Shown here in pieces: positions 1 to 9,259 of a stretch of 63,902 nt of DNA. The notes beneath the pieces are model-generated. The model saw only the letters and a program-made list of their open reading frames with translations. It made no database searches and was not told the DNA's origin. Source of the stretch: Planctomycetota bacterium (GTDB lineage: Bacteria; Planctomycetota; MHYJ01; WSZJ01); the NCBI GenBank assembly GCA_038060895.1, contig JBBTCT010000042.1, positions 1 to 63,902 on the forward strand, in the 5' to 3' direction. The number at the start of each line of letters is the position of its first letter. The stretch's first letter is position 1. Made by a program: the position numbers and the translations under genes.

Positions 1-216
1 CGCTTGCCCGCTCGCCCGCTTGCTCGCTCGCCCGCTTGCCCGCTCGCCCGCTTGCCCGCTTGCCCGCTCGCCCGCTCGCCCGCTTGCCCGCTTGCCCGCT
101 TGCCCGCTCGCCCGCTCGCCCGCTTGCCCGCTTGCCCGCTTGCCCGCTCGCCCGCTCGCCCGCTTGCCCGCTCGCCCGCTCGCCCGCTCGCCCGCTCGCC
201 CGCTCGCCGGCTCGCC
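1..216. repeat. Tandem 8-mer array (CGCTTGCC/CGCTCGCC), about 27 units, truncated by the window edge
   Basis: Units read directly in register from position 1; the array ends just past the ffh stop codon. Confidence 0.95.
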
Positions 217-218
217 GG

Positions 219-1541
219 CTACCTCTTGAACTTTCCCATCATCTTCGCCATCTTTCCGCCGCTGAACCCCTTCATCATCTTCCTCAGGTCCTTGAACTGC
301 TTCAGCAGGTTGTTGATCTCAGGAAGAGTCCGCCCGCTGCCGCGCGCGATGCGCTTCCGGCGTGAGCCGTCGATGATCTCGGGGTGGCGGCGCTCGTCCA
401 CCGTCATGGACTGGATGATGGCCTTCATACGGCTGAATTCGGACTGCATGTCCTCTTCCTTGTCGCCCATCATCTGCCCCATTCCGGGGATCATGCCGAC
501 GATCTGGGACAGAGGGCCCATCTTCTCCATCTGGCCGATCTGCTCGAGAAAGTCCTGCAGATCGATCTCGTTCTTCTGCATCTTCGTGGCGAAGCGCCGG
601 GCCGTTTCGTGATCGACGTTTTCCTGCGCCTTTTCGACCAGCGAAATGACGTCGCCCATGCCGAGGATGCGCTGGGCCATGCGGTCGGGATAGAACTCGG
701 AAAGGTCCTCGATTTTCTCGCCGACGCCGACGAACTTGATCGGTTTCCCCGTGATGAACTTGATCGAAAGCGCGGCGCCGCCGCGAGTGTCGCCGTCGAG
801 CTTCGTGAGGACGACGCCCGTGAGCGGCAGCTTCTCGTTGAACTGCTTCGCGGAATTCACCGCGTCCTGGCCGGTCATCGAGTCGACGACGAGCAGGATC
901 TGTTGCGGCTTCGTCACGTCCGCGACTTCCTTCACCTCCGCCATCAGCGCTTCGTCGATGTGCAGGCGTCCCGCGGTGTCCAGGATCACCAGGTCGCAGC
1001 CGAGCTTCACCGCTTCTTCGATGCCGCGTTTGCAGATCATCGGCGGCCGGCCGCCGGTTTCGGCGTGGACGGGGACCTGAAGAGCGGCTCCGAGTGTCTT
1101 GAGTTGTTCGATGGCGGCGGGGCGCTGGGTGTCGGCGGCGACAAGAAGCGGCTTGGCGCCCTTCTTGATGAAAAGCCGCGCGAGCTTGGCGCAGGTCGTC
1201 GTCTTTCCCGAGCCCTGGAGGCCGCACATCATGACGACCGTCGGGCCGTTGGAGTTCTTCGGGATGGAGGCGTCGGCCGGGCCCATGAGTTCGACCAGTT
1301 CGTCGTAGATGACCTTGACGATCTGCTGGGACGGCATGACCGACTTGATGACGTCCTCGCCGATTGCTTTCTCGGAGACCTTCCGGAGGAATTCCTTCAC
1401 GACGATGAGGTTCACGTCCGCTTCCAGGAGCGCGACACGGACCTCGCGGAGTCCTTCCTGGATATTGGCCTCGCTGAGCCGTCCTTTGCCCGCGAGGCGG
1501 CGGAAAACGCCCGTCAATTTGTCGGTGAGGCTTTCAAACAT
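219..1541 (-). CDS. ffh: Signal recognition particle protein Ffh
   Basis: MFESLTDKL N-terminus, GLQGSGKTT P-loop, DTAGR, TKLDGD, Met-rich M domain with SRRKRIARGSG. Confidence 0.98.
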   Translation of the reverse strand: MFESLTDKLTGVFRRLAGKGRLSEANIQEGLREVRVALLEADVNLIVVKEFLRKVSEKAIGEDVIKSVMPSQQIVKVIYDELVELMGPADASIPKNSNGPTVVMMCGLQGSGKTTTCAKLARLFIKKGAKPLLVAADTQRPAAIEQLKTLGAALQVPVHAETGGRPPMICKRGIEEAVKLGCDLVILDTAGRLHIDEALMAEVKEVADVTKPQQILLVVDSMTGQDAVNSAKQFNEKLPLTGVVLTKLDGDTRGGAALSIKFITGKPIKFVGVGEKIEDLSEFYPDRMAQRILGMGDVISLVEKAQENVDHETARRFATKMQKNEIDLQDFLEQIGQMEKMGPLSQIVGMIPGMGQMMGDKEEDMQSEFSRMKAIIQSMTVDERRHPEIIDGSRRKRIARGSGRTLPEINNLLKQFKDLRKMMKGFSGGKMAKMMGKFKR

Positions 1542-1646
1542 GGGCGGGCATTGTGCGACAGGCGTTCCGGGCGGGGAAGTGTAATGCGGGCTGGCCTGAC
1601 TCGACCGGAACGCCCGATCGGGTATCAGGCCGGCGTCCGACAGGTC

Positions 1647-2222
1647 CTACCTGACCATGACGACGATGTCAGGCCGCTCGTTCGCCGCGATCCAGAGCTT
1701 GCGGGCGATCGGGCAGTCCTCGAGGTAATCGAAAATCTCCTTGTCGGCCTGGATGCTCGTGCAGGTCAATCCCTCAAATTCGATGTCCACCTGGTTCTGG
1801 TATTTCCGCTCAAGCGCGAGCGCCAGCACGAACATGTCCTGGTCGTTCGCCCTGGTCGTCTGCACCTCGCGGACGATTTCCCGCAGGACTTCCTTCGAAA
1901 CCACGGCCTGGGTCGGCTCGACGGGCGTGACGCTCCGCCGTTCCACGTCCCGGCCGATCGAGATTCCTCCTGCGAACGCCAGTGCCACCGCCGCGGCTCC
2001 GGCCACAACCTGCCAGCGGAAGCCCCGCCTCGCGCCCGTCGGAAACGCTGCTTCCAGGACTCGATCCCGAAGCCCTGACGGCGGCTGCGGCGCGCTCGAG
2101 CGAAGCGCTCGCAGGTGCGCAAACTCGTCCTGGCAATGGGCGCACGACGCCGCGTGCTTCCACGCATCGCCGTCCAGTTGGGTGCCCGATTCGACCTTTT
2201 CCCGCAGCTCGTCACACTTCAT
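1647..2222 (-). CDS. Putative zinc-binding anti-sigma factor with one TM segment
   Basis: HAASCAHC (HxxxCxxC) near the N-terminus, hydrophobic segment, overlaps the end of the ECF sigma gene. Confidence 0.8.
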   Translation of the reverse strand: MKCDELREKVESGTQLDGDAWKHAASCAHCQDEFAHLRALRSSAPQPPSGLRDRVLEAAFPTGARRGFRWQVVAGAAAVALAFAGGISIGRDVERRSVTPVEPTQAVVSKEVLREIVREVQTTRANDQDMFVLALALERKYQNQVDIEFEGLTCTSIQADKEIFDYLEDCPIARKLWIAANERPDIVVMVR

Positions 2223-2739
2223 GGCCAGCCCTCGCAAATTGCTCCTTCAGCAGCTTCCGGCCGCGCGCCACCCGCGACCCCACGGTGCCCGTCTCGCAAC
2301 CCATCACTTCGGATGCTTCCTGGTACGTCAGCCCCATCGCGTCGCACAGCCACACCGCTTCGCGAAATTCGTCGGGAATGCCGCGAAGCGCCGATTCGAC
2401 CATCTCGCGCGCGTCCGTGTCAGGCCCCGAGTGCGCCGGGTGTGAAAGCAGCTCGTCCTCCGCCCCTACTTCCCGCCTCGTCTTCCTTCTGCGCAGCAGG
2501 TCAATTGCCGCGTTTCTGGCGATCGCAAGAAGCCAGGACGTAAAGGGCCGTCCCGAGTCATACCGGCGCCCTGCCAGCAGCCCAACGAACGTCTCCTGCA
2601 CCACGTCCTCCGCCGACGACCTCTCCCGAACGATTCTCAGGGCGTACCCGAAGACCCCCGCGGCGTGGCGGTCGTACAACTCCGTGAAGGCTTCACGGTC
2701 GCCCTTCAACGCTCGCGAAAGCAGGAAGGCGTCTTCCAT
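2212..2739 (-). CDS. ECF-family RNA polymerase sigma factor
   Basis: GDREAFTELYDRH, AEDVVQETF, FTSWLLAIARN, region 4 LTYQEASEVMG..GTVGSRVARGR. Confidence 0.95.
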   Translation of the reverse strand: MEDAFLLSRALKGDREAFTELYDRHAAGVFGYALRIVRERSSAEDVVQETFVGLLAGRRYDSGRPFTSWLLAIARNAAIDLLRRRKTRREVGAEDELLSHPAHSGPDTDAREMVESALRGIPDEFREAVWLCDAMGLTYQEASEVMGCETGTVGSRVARGRKLLKEQFARAGHEV

Positions 2740-2819
2740 CGACCCGCCGAAAAGGGGGAAGCGCCTGCGGTCAGGCAGGCGCGTTCCATCTTACGATTCT
2801 TCGGTCCGGCAACCCGCCT

Positions 2820-3329
2820 CTACTTCGTAGAAGTCTTTTCGAGCTCGGCCAGCCTGACGATCGCGGCTTTGGTCATGATGTTGACGCACTCGGGACAGAG
2901 CTTTCCGGTCAGGAACGTGCACTTGATCTCCGACTCCTTGCCGTTGGCGTCCTTCACGGTGTGCTTCACCGTCTTGCTCATCTCGGCGAAGCGGGCGTTG
3001 ACGCGCTCCTTGACGACGGGGCCGAAGACCTTTTCGTTGAGCTTCGCGCAGTCCTTGCAGTCCTCGGCCTTGCACGAGCCGGCGACGCAGGAGCTGGCGT
3101 CCTTCTTCGACTTCGCCTTGACGTCGGCGGCGACGTTGGCGTGGACGGCGGCGAGACCCTCGCCGCCCTTGTCACAGATTGTGCGGCACTGCCCTTCGCA
3201 AGACCCTGCGAAGGGGCACATGATCTTCTCGAGCGGACACTTGTGTTCCTTCTTCTTGCTGTCGTCCGCGCTCACGAGCACGCCGGCCGCAAGGGCGGCG
3301 GCCATCACGAAGGCCATCGTCAGACGCAT
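2820..3329 (-). CDS. Secreted Cys-rich hypothetical protein
   Basis: Signal-peptide-like N-terminus, SD GGAG, 12 Cys including CKDC and CPEC. Confidence 0.75.
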   Translation of the reverse strand: MRLTMAFVMAAALAAGVLVSADDSKKKEHKCPLEKIMCPFAGSCEGQCRTICDKGGEGLAAVHANVAADVKAKSKKDASSCVAGSCKAEDCKDCAKLNEKVFGPVVKERVNARFAEMSKTVKHTVKDANGKESEIKCTFLTGKLCPECVNIMTKAAIVRLAELEKTSTK

Positions 3330-3434
3330 CGGGGTCTCCTGTCTGGATAGAAGGGTCGGCGGTGTTGCCGGCTCAGGAGACGATACGGGGGGCGGCGGCG
3401 GAAACTTCCCGGGATTACTAAATGTCGGCGATTG

Positions 3435-4706
3435 CTATTTCACTCTCTTGATGCCGGCCCCAAGCCCGTTCAATTTCTCTTCGATCCGCTCGTACCCGCG
3501 ATCGACGTGATGGATTTCATGGACCTCGGTGTCTCCCCAGGCGGCGCAGCCTGCGAGGATGAGCGCGGCGCTGGCGCGGAGGTCACTGGCGCGGACCGGG
3601 GCGCCTACGAGGTGGGGAACGCCGTGCACGACGACGGTGGAGCCTGTTTTGCGCAGCTCGGCGCCCATGCGGAGGAGCTCGGGGACGTGCATGAAGCGGT
3701 CGGGGTAGATCTTCTCCGTGACGACGGAGATGCCGTCGGCGACGCAGAACGCGGCCATGAACTGCGCCTGCAAATCGGTGGCGAAACCCGGGTAAACGAG
3801 GGTGGTCAGGTCCACGGGCTTGAGCGGTGCGTCCGGGTGTTTCGCCCGGATCACGTCCTTGCCGATTTCGAGGATCATTCCCATTTCGCGAAGCGTGTGC
3901 GTCGCCGCGCGCAGGTGGTCCGGACGGCACCCTGTCACCGTGACGTCGCCGCGCGTGATGGCGGCGCCCGCGAGGAACGTCCCCGCCTCAATGCGATCGG
4001 GGATGATCGTGTGCTCGACGCCCTTCAGCGTCTTCACGCCCTGGATCGTCAACCGCGGCGAGCCGATCCCCTCGATCTTCGCGCCCATCCGCACCAGCAT
4101 GTCCGCCAGATCCACGACTTCCGGCTCGCAGGCCGCGCTTTCGATGACGGTCGTTCCGTTCGCGTAGACCGCTGCCGCGAGGACGTTCGTGGTCCCCGTG
4201 ACGCTCGACCCGAATGCGCCGCCCAGGAACACGTCCGTCCCGGTCAGTCCGCCCGGCGGCACCTCTGCGACGAGATACCCGTGGTCCAGCGACATCCGCG
4301 CGCCCAGCGCCGATAGCCCCTTCTCGTGCAGGTCGATCGGCCGCACCCCGATCACGCAGCCGCCCGGCATCGAGACCCGCGCCGTCTTGCGGCGCCCGAT
4401 CAGCGGCCCGAGCACGCAGACGCTCGCGCGCATCTTCGAGACCAGCTCGTACGAGGCCGTCGAGTTCGACTCGTCTTTCACCTCGATCTCGACCGCGCCG
4501 TCCGCGCGCCGTTCGACCCGGCAGCCCAGCTCGCGAAGGATCGCCAGGAGAATTTCGACGTCCGAGAGTCGCGGCACATTCTTGATCACGCTGCTCCCCT
4601 CGGCGAGGAGACACGCCGCCAGGATCGGCAACGCCGCGTTTTTCGATCCGCTCGCGGAAACCCGGCCGTGAAGCCGCTTCCCGCCTTCGATTACGAGTTT
4701 TTCCAC
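3435..4706 (-). CDS. murA: UDP-N-acetylglucosamine 1-carboxyvinyltransferase
   Basis: GSKNAALP, KMRAS, PGGCVIGVRPIDLH (catalytic Cys), PDRIEAGT, SDLRA, DRGYE. Confidence 0.98.
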   Translation of the reverse strand: MEKLVIEGGKRLHGRVSASGSKNAALPILAACLLAEGSSVIKNVPRLSDVEILLAILRELGCRVERRADGAVEIEVKDESNSTASYELVSKMRASVCVLGPLIGRRKTARVSMPGGCVIGVRPIDLHEKGLSALGARMSLDHGYLVAEVPPGGLTGTDVFLGGAFGSSVTGTTNVLAAAVYANGTTVIESAACEPEVVDLADMLVRMGAKIEGIGSPRLTIQGVKTLKGVEHTIIPDRIEAGTFLAGAAITRGDVTVTGCRPDHLRAATHTLREMGMILEIGKDVIRAKHPDAPLKPVDLTTLVYPGFATDLQAQFMAAFCVADGISVVTEKIYPDRFMHVPELLRMGAELRKTGSTVVVHGVPHLVGAPVRASDLRASAALILAGCAAWGDTEVHEIHHVDRGYERIEEKLNGLGAGIKRVK

Positions 4707-5536
4707 CGGTGCGCCACCACGATGCGGTCGAGGCCCTGGAAATCCTTGAGGACGCGGATGCTATCAAAGGCGCGGACCCGGTCCAGCGAATCGGCGAATC
4801 CCTTCGCCTGTGCCGGGGCAAGCTCCACCGCAAGCAACCCCCCGGGCCACAGGAGACGCGCCGCTTCCCCAGGGATCCGGTCCAGCACGTCCAGCCCCTC
4901 CGCCCCCGCCACGAGCGCCCCGCGCGGTTCCCAGTCCCGGACTTCCGCCTGAAGAGTCGCGAATTCGGGCTCTGCTACGTAAGGCGGATTGACGGTGATC
5001 ACGCGGAACGGCTTGAGAAAGGGACGGAAGAGATCCGCCTGCAGGAACTGGACCTCCAGCTTCAATTTTCGGGCGTTCTGGGCCGCCAGCTGAAGCGCTT
5101 CCCGGCTGATGTCGGAAGCGTAGACCGAGAGTTCCTCCCAGCCGTGCTTGACTGCGAGCGCGATGGCGCCGCTTCCGGTGCACACGTCCAGCATGCGGGC
5201 GGGCTGGTCGTTGCGGAAGCGCATGACTTCCTCGACCAGCGCCTCGGATTCTGGGCGGGGGATGAGGGCGCGGCGGTCGATGGCGAGGCGGAGTCCGCAG
5301 AAGGCGACGGAGCCTGTGACGTACTGGAGTGGTTCGCGTTTTTCGCGGCGCGCGACCATCTCGTCGAATTTGCGTTTGCGGTAGGGAGGGAAGTCCTCCG
5401 CGTTTCTCCCGATGAGGTCGAGGGCCGACCACTCGAGGGCCCTGGCGGCCAGGCTCTGGGCGTCCCGGCCGGCGTCAGGAACGCCGGCGGTCTCGAGGCG
5501 CGCGGCGGCTTTATCGATGGCAACCTGGACTTTCAG
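4691..5536 (-). CDS. prmC: Release factor glutamine methyltransferase (probable CTG start)
   Basis: REPLQY, LIPRPESE, LDVCTGSGAI, NPPY. The frame stays open 59 codons upstream of the track's ATG, up to a CTG preceded by GGAG, giving 281 aa. Confidence 0.9.
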   Translation of the reverse strand: MKVQVAIDKAAARLETAGVPDAGRDAQSLAARALEWSALDLIGRNAEDFPPYRKRKFDEMVARREKREPLQYVTGSVAFCGLRLAIDRRALIPRPESEALVEEVMRFRNDQPARMLDVCTGSGAIALAVKHGWEELSVYASDISREALQLAAQNARKLKLEVQFLQADLFRPFLKPFRVITVNPPYVAEPEFATLQAEVRDWEPRGALVAGAEGLDVLDRIPGEAARLLWPGGLLAVELAPAQAKGFADSLDRVRAFDSIRVLKDFQGLDRIVVAHRWKNS

Positions 5537-5554
5537 GGAGCGGCTCCGATGTTT

Positions 5555-6640
5555 TTATTTCGAAGTCGCAAGCGACTTGACCTTCGCCTCGCGGTCCGCG
5601 TCGAGAAGAGCCTGTATCAGCTCTTCAATCGTCCCGTTCGCCATGACGGCGGGGAGATTGTGCACGGAAAAGCCGATCCGGTGGTCCGTGATCCGGCTTT
5701 GCGGGTAGTTGTAGGTCCGGATCTTCTCGCTCCGGTCCCCCGTGCCGATCTGCGACTTCCGCAGGTCGTCGCGCGCCGATTTCTGCGCGTGCGCCTTCAT
5801 TTCGTACAGGCGCGCCCGGAGCAGGCGCATCGCCAGCGCACGATTCTGGTGCTGGGACCGTTCCACCTGGCAGCGGATCTGGATCCCGGACGGCTTGTGC
5901 ACCAGGATGATGCAGCTCGACGTCTTGTTAACGGCCTGCCCGCCGGGGCCGCCCGAGCGCGTGGCCTGGATGTCCAGGTCCGCCTCGTTGATCTGCACGT
6001 CCACTTCTTCTGCTTCCGGCAGCACCGCGACCGTCGCAGTGGACGTGTGGACGCGCCCCTGGGACTCGGTCTCCGGCACGCGCTGCACCCGGTGAGTCCC
6101 GCTTTCGTAGCGAAGATGCTTGAACGCGCCGGTCCCCTCCACGCGGAACGAGATGTGCTTGAGCCCCCCCATCTCCGCGTCCCCCATGTCCAGCACTTCG
6201 ATTTTCCAGCCGCGCTTCTCCGCATACTTCGTGTACATCTTGGTCAGGTCCGCGACAAACAGCGCCGCCTCCTCGCCTCCCGGCCCGGGACGGATCTCGA
6301 CGATCGCATTCCGGTGCGAGTCCTCGTCCTCCGTGAGGAAGTCGTTCTCCAGCTGTTTCATCAGCCCGTTCATCTCGGCGTTCGCTGAGTCCACTTCCTT
6401 CTGCGCCTCCGCGCGCATCTCGGCATCGGGGTCCTTCAGAAGGGACTTGGCGTCCTCGAGGGACTTCTGGAGAGCTTCCAGTCGGCGGGCGCGTCCGTGG
6501 TCGCGGAGGAGGGTGCCGCGCTCCTTCATGAGGGCGGAGTATTTCGCCCCGTTCGAGATGATGGTCGGATCGCTGATGAGGCGTTCGATCTCGTCGAAGC
6601 GGTCGGCGCTGGTCTTCAGGCGTGCGAGGATGGGGTCCAT
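5555..6640 (-). CDS. prfA: Peptide chain release factor 1
   Basis: GGEEAALF, HRVQRVPET (PxT), GGPGGQ, GDRSEKIRTYNYPQ; rpmE-prfA-prmC order. Confidence 0.97.
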   Translation of the reverse strand: MDPILARLKTSADRFDEIERLISDPTIISNGAKYSALMKERGTLLRDHGRARRLEALQKSLEDAKSLLKDPDAEMRAEAQKEVDSANAEMNGLMKQLENDFLTEDEDSHRNAIVEIRPGPGGEEAALFVADLTKMYTKYAEKRGWKIEVLDMGDAEMGGLKHISFRVEGTGAFKHLRYESGTHRVQRVPETESQGRVHTSTATVAVLPEAEEVDVQINEADLDIQATRSGGPGGQAVNKTSSCIILVHKPSGIQIRCQVERSQHQNRALAMRLLRARLYEMKAHAQKSARDDLRKSQIGTGDRSEKIRTYNYPQSRITDHRIGFSVHNLPAVMANGTIEELIQALLDADREAKVKSLATSK

Positions 6641-6800
6641 GAGATTACAACGCTTTCGTGTGGGTGAGGGGAGTCACGAATCCTGGAAAGGACCTGGGCG
6701 TCGAGGCGGGACCTCCGGGATGCCGCGCGCCCCGAAATTCGCCAGTATTCCCTAAGTCCTTGCCGCTTGAGTATTTGTGTCAATCGATCCGAATGGGGCG

Positions 6801-6833
6801 AAAAAAAAGCCGGTCCCCGCACGGGGACCGGCT
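6801..6833 (-). terminator. Intrinsic terminator after rpmE
   Basis: AGCCGGTCCCCG/CGGGGACCGGCT hairpin followed by a T run on the minus strand. Confidence 0.9.
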
Positions 6834-6847
6834 CGTCGATTCTCTCA

Positions 6848-7321
6848 CTACGCCTTCGGGGCTTCGCCTTCCGGGGCCGCAGCCGGCGTCACCGCCGCAG
6901 CGTCCGTCCTCGATGCCTCGGCCACCGCAGCCTGCTCCGCCTCCGCCTGCTTCTTCGCCGCAACCTCCTGCTGCCGCTGAACCCAGGCGTCGCGCTCCAC
7001 CGACTTCTTCTTCCGGTCCTCGTCCTTGCGCTTCCGCTCGTCGTCGATCTTCTTCGCCTGCTCTGCGATCTTCGCCTTGCGGACGTCATCTTCCTGCTTC
7101 TTCTTCGCCGCGACCGCTCCCTCCGTCTTTTCGTACTTCTTCTTGAAGCGATCGACCATGCCCGCCGCGTCGAGCAGCTTCTCCTTGCCCGTGTAGAAGG
7201 GATGGCAGGCGGAGCAGATTTCCACGGCGATGCGTTCCTTCGTCGAACGCGATTTGAACGTGTTTCCGCACCCGCACACGATGGTGCAGTCGACGTACTT
7301 CGGATGGATGTTGGCCTTCAT
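6848..7321 (-). CDS. rpmE: 50S ribosomal protein bL31 (Zn-type) with long C-terminal extension
   Basis: [30 protein letters not shown]; about 85 extra Lys/Glu/Ala-rich residues. Confidence 0.93.
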   Translation of the reverse strand: MKANIHPKYVDCTIVCGCGNTFKSRSTKERIAVEICSACHPFYTGKEKLLDAAGMVDRFKKKYEKTEGAVAAKKKQEDDVRKAKIAEQAKKIDDERKRKDEDRKKKSVERDAWVQRQQEVAAKKQAEAEQAAVAEASRTDAAAVTPAAAPEGEAPKA

Positions 7322-7387
7322 GACTCGTCTCCGGGGGTCTTGTTGGGCCGGGAAGTGTAGTGAGAGGCCGCGAGATTGTCAATCCAC

Positions 7388-7506
7388 CCCCGTACGAGAC
7401 ACGAATCCAGCGTGGCAGGCTGCGTCGGCCTGGTGCCGACTCTTGGGGGGGCCAGATTTGACGGGCCGACTCCGCCCGCCCCGCTGGATTCGTGTCTCGT
7501 ACGGGG
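7388..7506. repeat. 119-bp element with perfect 25-bp terminal inverted repeats (MITE/REP-like)
   Basis: CCCCGTACGAGACACGAATCCAGCG (7388-7412) and its reverse complement (7482-7506). Confidence 0.85.
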
Positions 7507-7514
7507 TAATGACC

Positions 7515-7871
7515 TTAAGCCGCGCCGGTGCCCGGGCTGCGCCCCAGCAGGGCCAGGGCCAGACCTGCGAAGATGAGCAGGAATCCCCCGATGTCCGTCC
7601 ACCGCGGAGTTTCCTTCAGATACCAGAGGGAAAATCCTACGAACACGGCCACCGAAATCGCCTCCTGGATGATCTTGAGCTGCGGCGCCGTGTACATCCC
7701 GTGCCCGATGCGGTTCGCCGGGACCTGAAGCGCGTATTCGGGAAGCGCGATGCACCACGAAACAAGGACGACGAGCCACAGCGCGGCTCCCTTGTACTTC
7801 AAGTGCCCGTACCAGGCGGCCGTCATGAAGAGGTTCGAACCGCACAGCAGCAGGATCGGGATGGCTTTCAT
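7515..7871 (-). CDS. DMT-superfamily small membrane protein (DUF486-like)
   Basis: SNLFMTAAWYGHLK, EYALQVPANRIG, QLKIIQE; four hydrophobic segments. Confidence 0.85.
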   Translation of the reverse strand: MKAIPILLLCGSNLFMTAAWYGHLKYKGAALWLVVLVSWCIALPEYALQVPANRIGHGMYTAPQLKIIQEAISVAVFVGFSLWYLKETPRWTDIGGFLLIFAGLALALLGRSPGTGAA

Positions 7872-8042
7872 CGGACCTCCGGAGGCGGCGCGCGGATTTC
7901 CGGCGCGCGGGACATGGGGAGCAGGATTCTATTCGCCCGCACTTCTTCCCTGCGAATTCTCTTCCCCTCGCCCCGCCCGTCGCGGGTAGTCTTCCCAGCC
8001 GGGTCATTCCATCTCGAAACGCTTCTACGCCACGGAGGCTTC

Positions 8043-9209
8043 ATGGTTACAACGCGCCACATCAAGGCCAGGGCCGGCGACGTCCTCGTGCTTCTCGGGA
8101 CCAGCAAGGGAGCCTTCGCGCTCCGCTCCGACGCTTCCCGGAAGAAATGGGATCTCGGCGGACCCTACTTTCCCGGTCACCAGATCTACGCCCTCGCCTT
8201 CGACAGCCGCGCCGGCCGCAACCGCCTCTGGGCCGGCGCCCAGAGCGGCCACTTCGGCGCCATGCTCTCCTCCTCCGACGATTTCGGCCGCACCTGGACG
8301 AAGCCCGAGAAGCCGAATGTTCGCTTCCCCGAAGGGTCGGGCGGCGCACTGAAGCAGATCTGGCAGATTCATCCCGGGCCGGTGGGGGAGCCGGAAGTGC
8401 TGTACTGCGGCGTCGAGCCGAGCGCCCTGTTCGTATCCCGCGATGCCGGCGAGACCTGGGAGCTGAACCAGGGATTGTGGGACCATCCGCACCGGGCGAA
8501 ATGGGAGCCGGGTGGGGGCGGGCTCTGCCTTCACACGGTCGTTTCCGGCGAGGGCGGGGGACTGAACATTGCGTGCTCCACCGGTGGCCACTACCGAAGC
8601 GACGACGGCGGCCGGTCCTGGAATGCGCGCAACAAGGACATCCACGCTCCCTTCATTCCAGGCAACCCCGCCCCCGAATTCGGGCAGTGAGTGCATAAGG
8701 TCGTGCGGGCGCCGGGTGCGCCTGCCCGCCTCTACCTCCAGCATCACTGGGGGGTGTATCGCAGCGATGACAACGGCGACAACTGGAAGACGATCGAGAA
8801 GGGGCTCCCGACCACCTTCGGCTTTGCGCTTGCGGCGCATCCGCACGACGCCGACACGGCGTACGTCCTGCCGATCGAGTCGGACGGTTTCCGGTGTACG
8901 CCGGAAGGGAAGCTTCGGGTTTATCGAACGACGGACGGTGGGAAGATGTGGAGGCCGCTGACGAAGGGGCTCCCGCAGGCGAATGCGCTGGAGACGGTTC
9001 TGCGCGATGCGATGGACACCGACGCGTGCGCGAAGGCGGGCGTCTATTTCGGCACGAAGAGCGGCAAGGTCTACGCTTCAGCAGACGCCGGGGACAGTTG
9101 GAAGTGCGTCGCCGACGGTCTGCCGACGGTTTACTGCGTGAAGGCGGGGATCGTGGGCGGAAGGGTTGCTGTGAAGAAGGCGGTCGCCAGGAAACGTGGC
9201 AGGAAATAG
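8043..9209 (+). CDS. BNR/Asp-box beta-propeller (sialidase-like) protein with in-frame TGA (8688-8690), putative selenoprotein
   Basis: Two track ORFs join in frame as PEFGQ-TGA-VHKVV. Asp-boxes (SDDFGRTW, SRDAGETW, SDDGGRSW, SDDNGDNW, TTDGGKMW, SADAGDSW) occur on both sides of the TGA. SD GGAGG upstream. Confidence 0.85.
8705..8725 (+). promoter_or_regulatory. Candidate bacterial SECIS hairpin
   Basis: Stem GCGGGCGC/GCGCCTGC (8 bp, one G-U), loop CGGGU with 22 nt between UGA and loop. Confidence 0.6.
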
Positions 9210-9259
9210 GACGAATCGGCCCCCGGGCGCGATCCGGCGCCCGGGGCCGACTCTTCTCC

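Noticed and set aside
1-216. CRISPR array
   Set aside because: No spacers; it is a pure 8-bp tandem repeat, and no cas genes are seen.
4-612. ARSPA/ARLPA repeat ORFs
   Set aside because: Translations of the 8-mer array running antisense into ffh.
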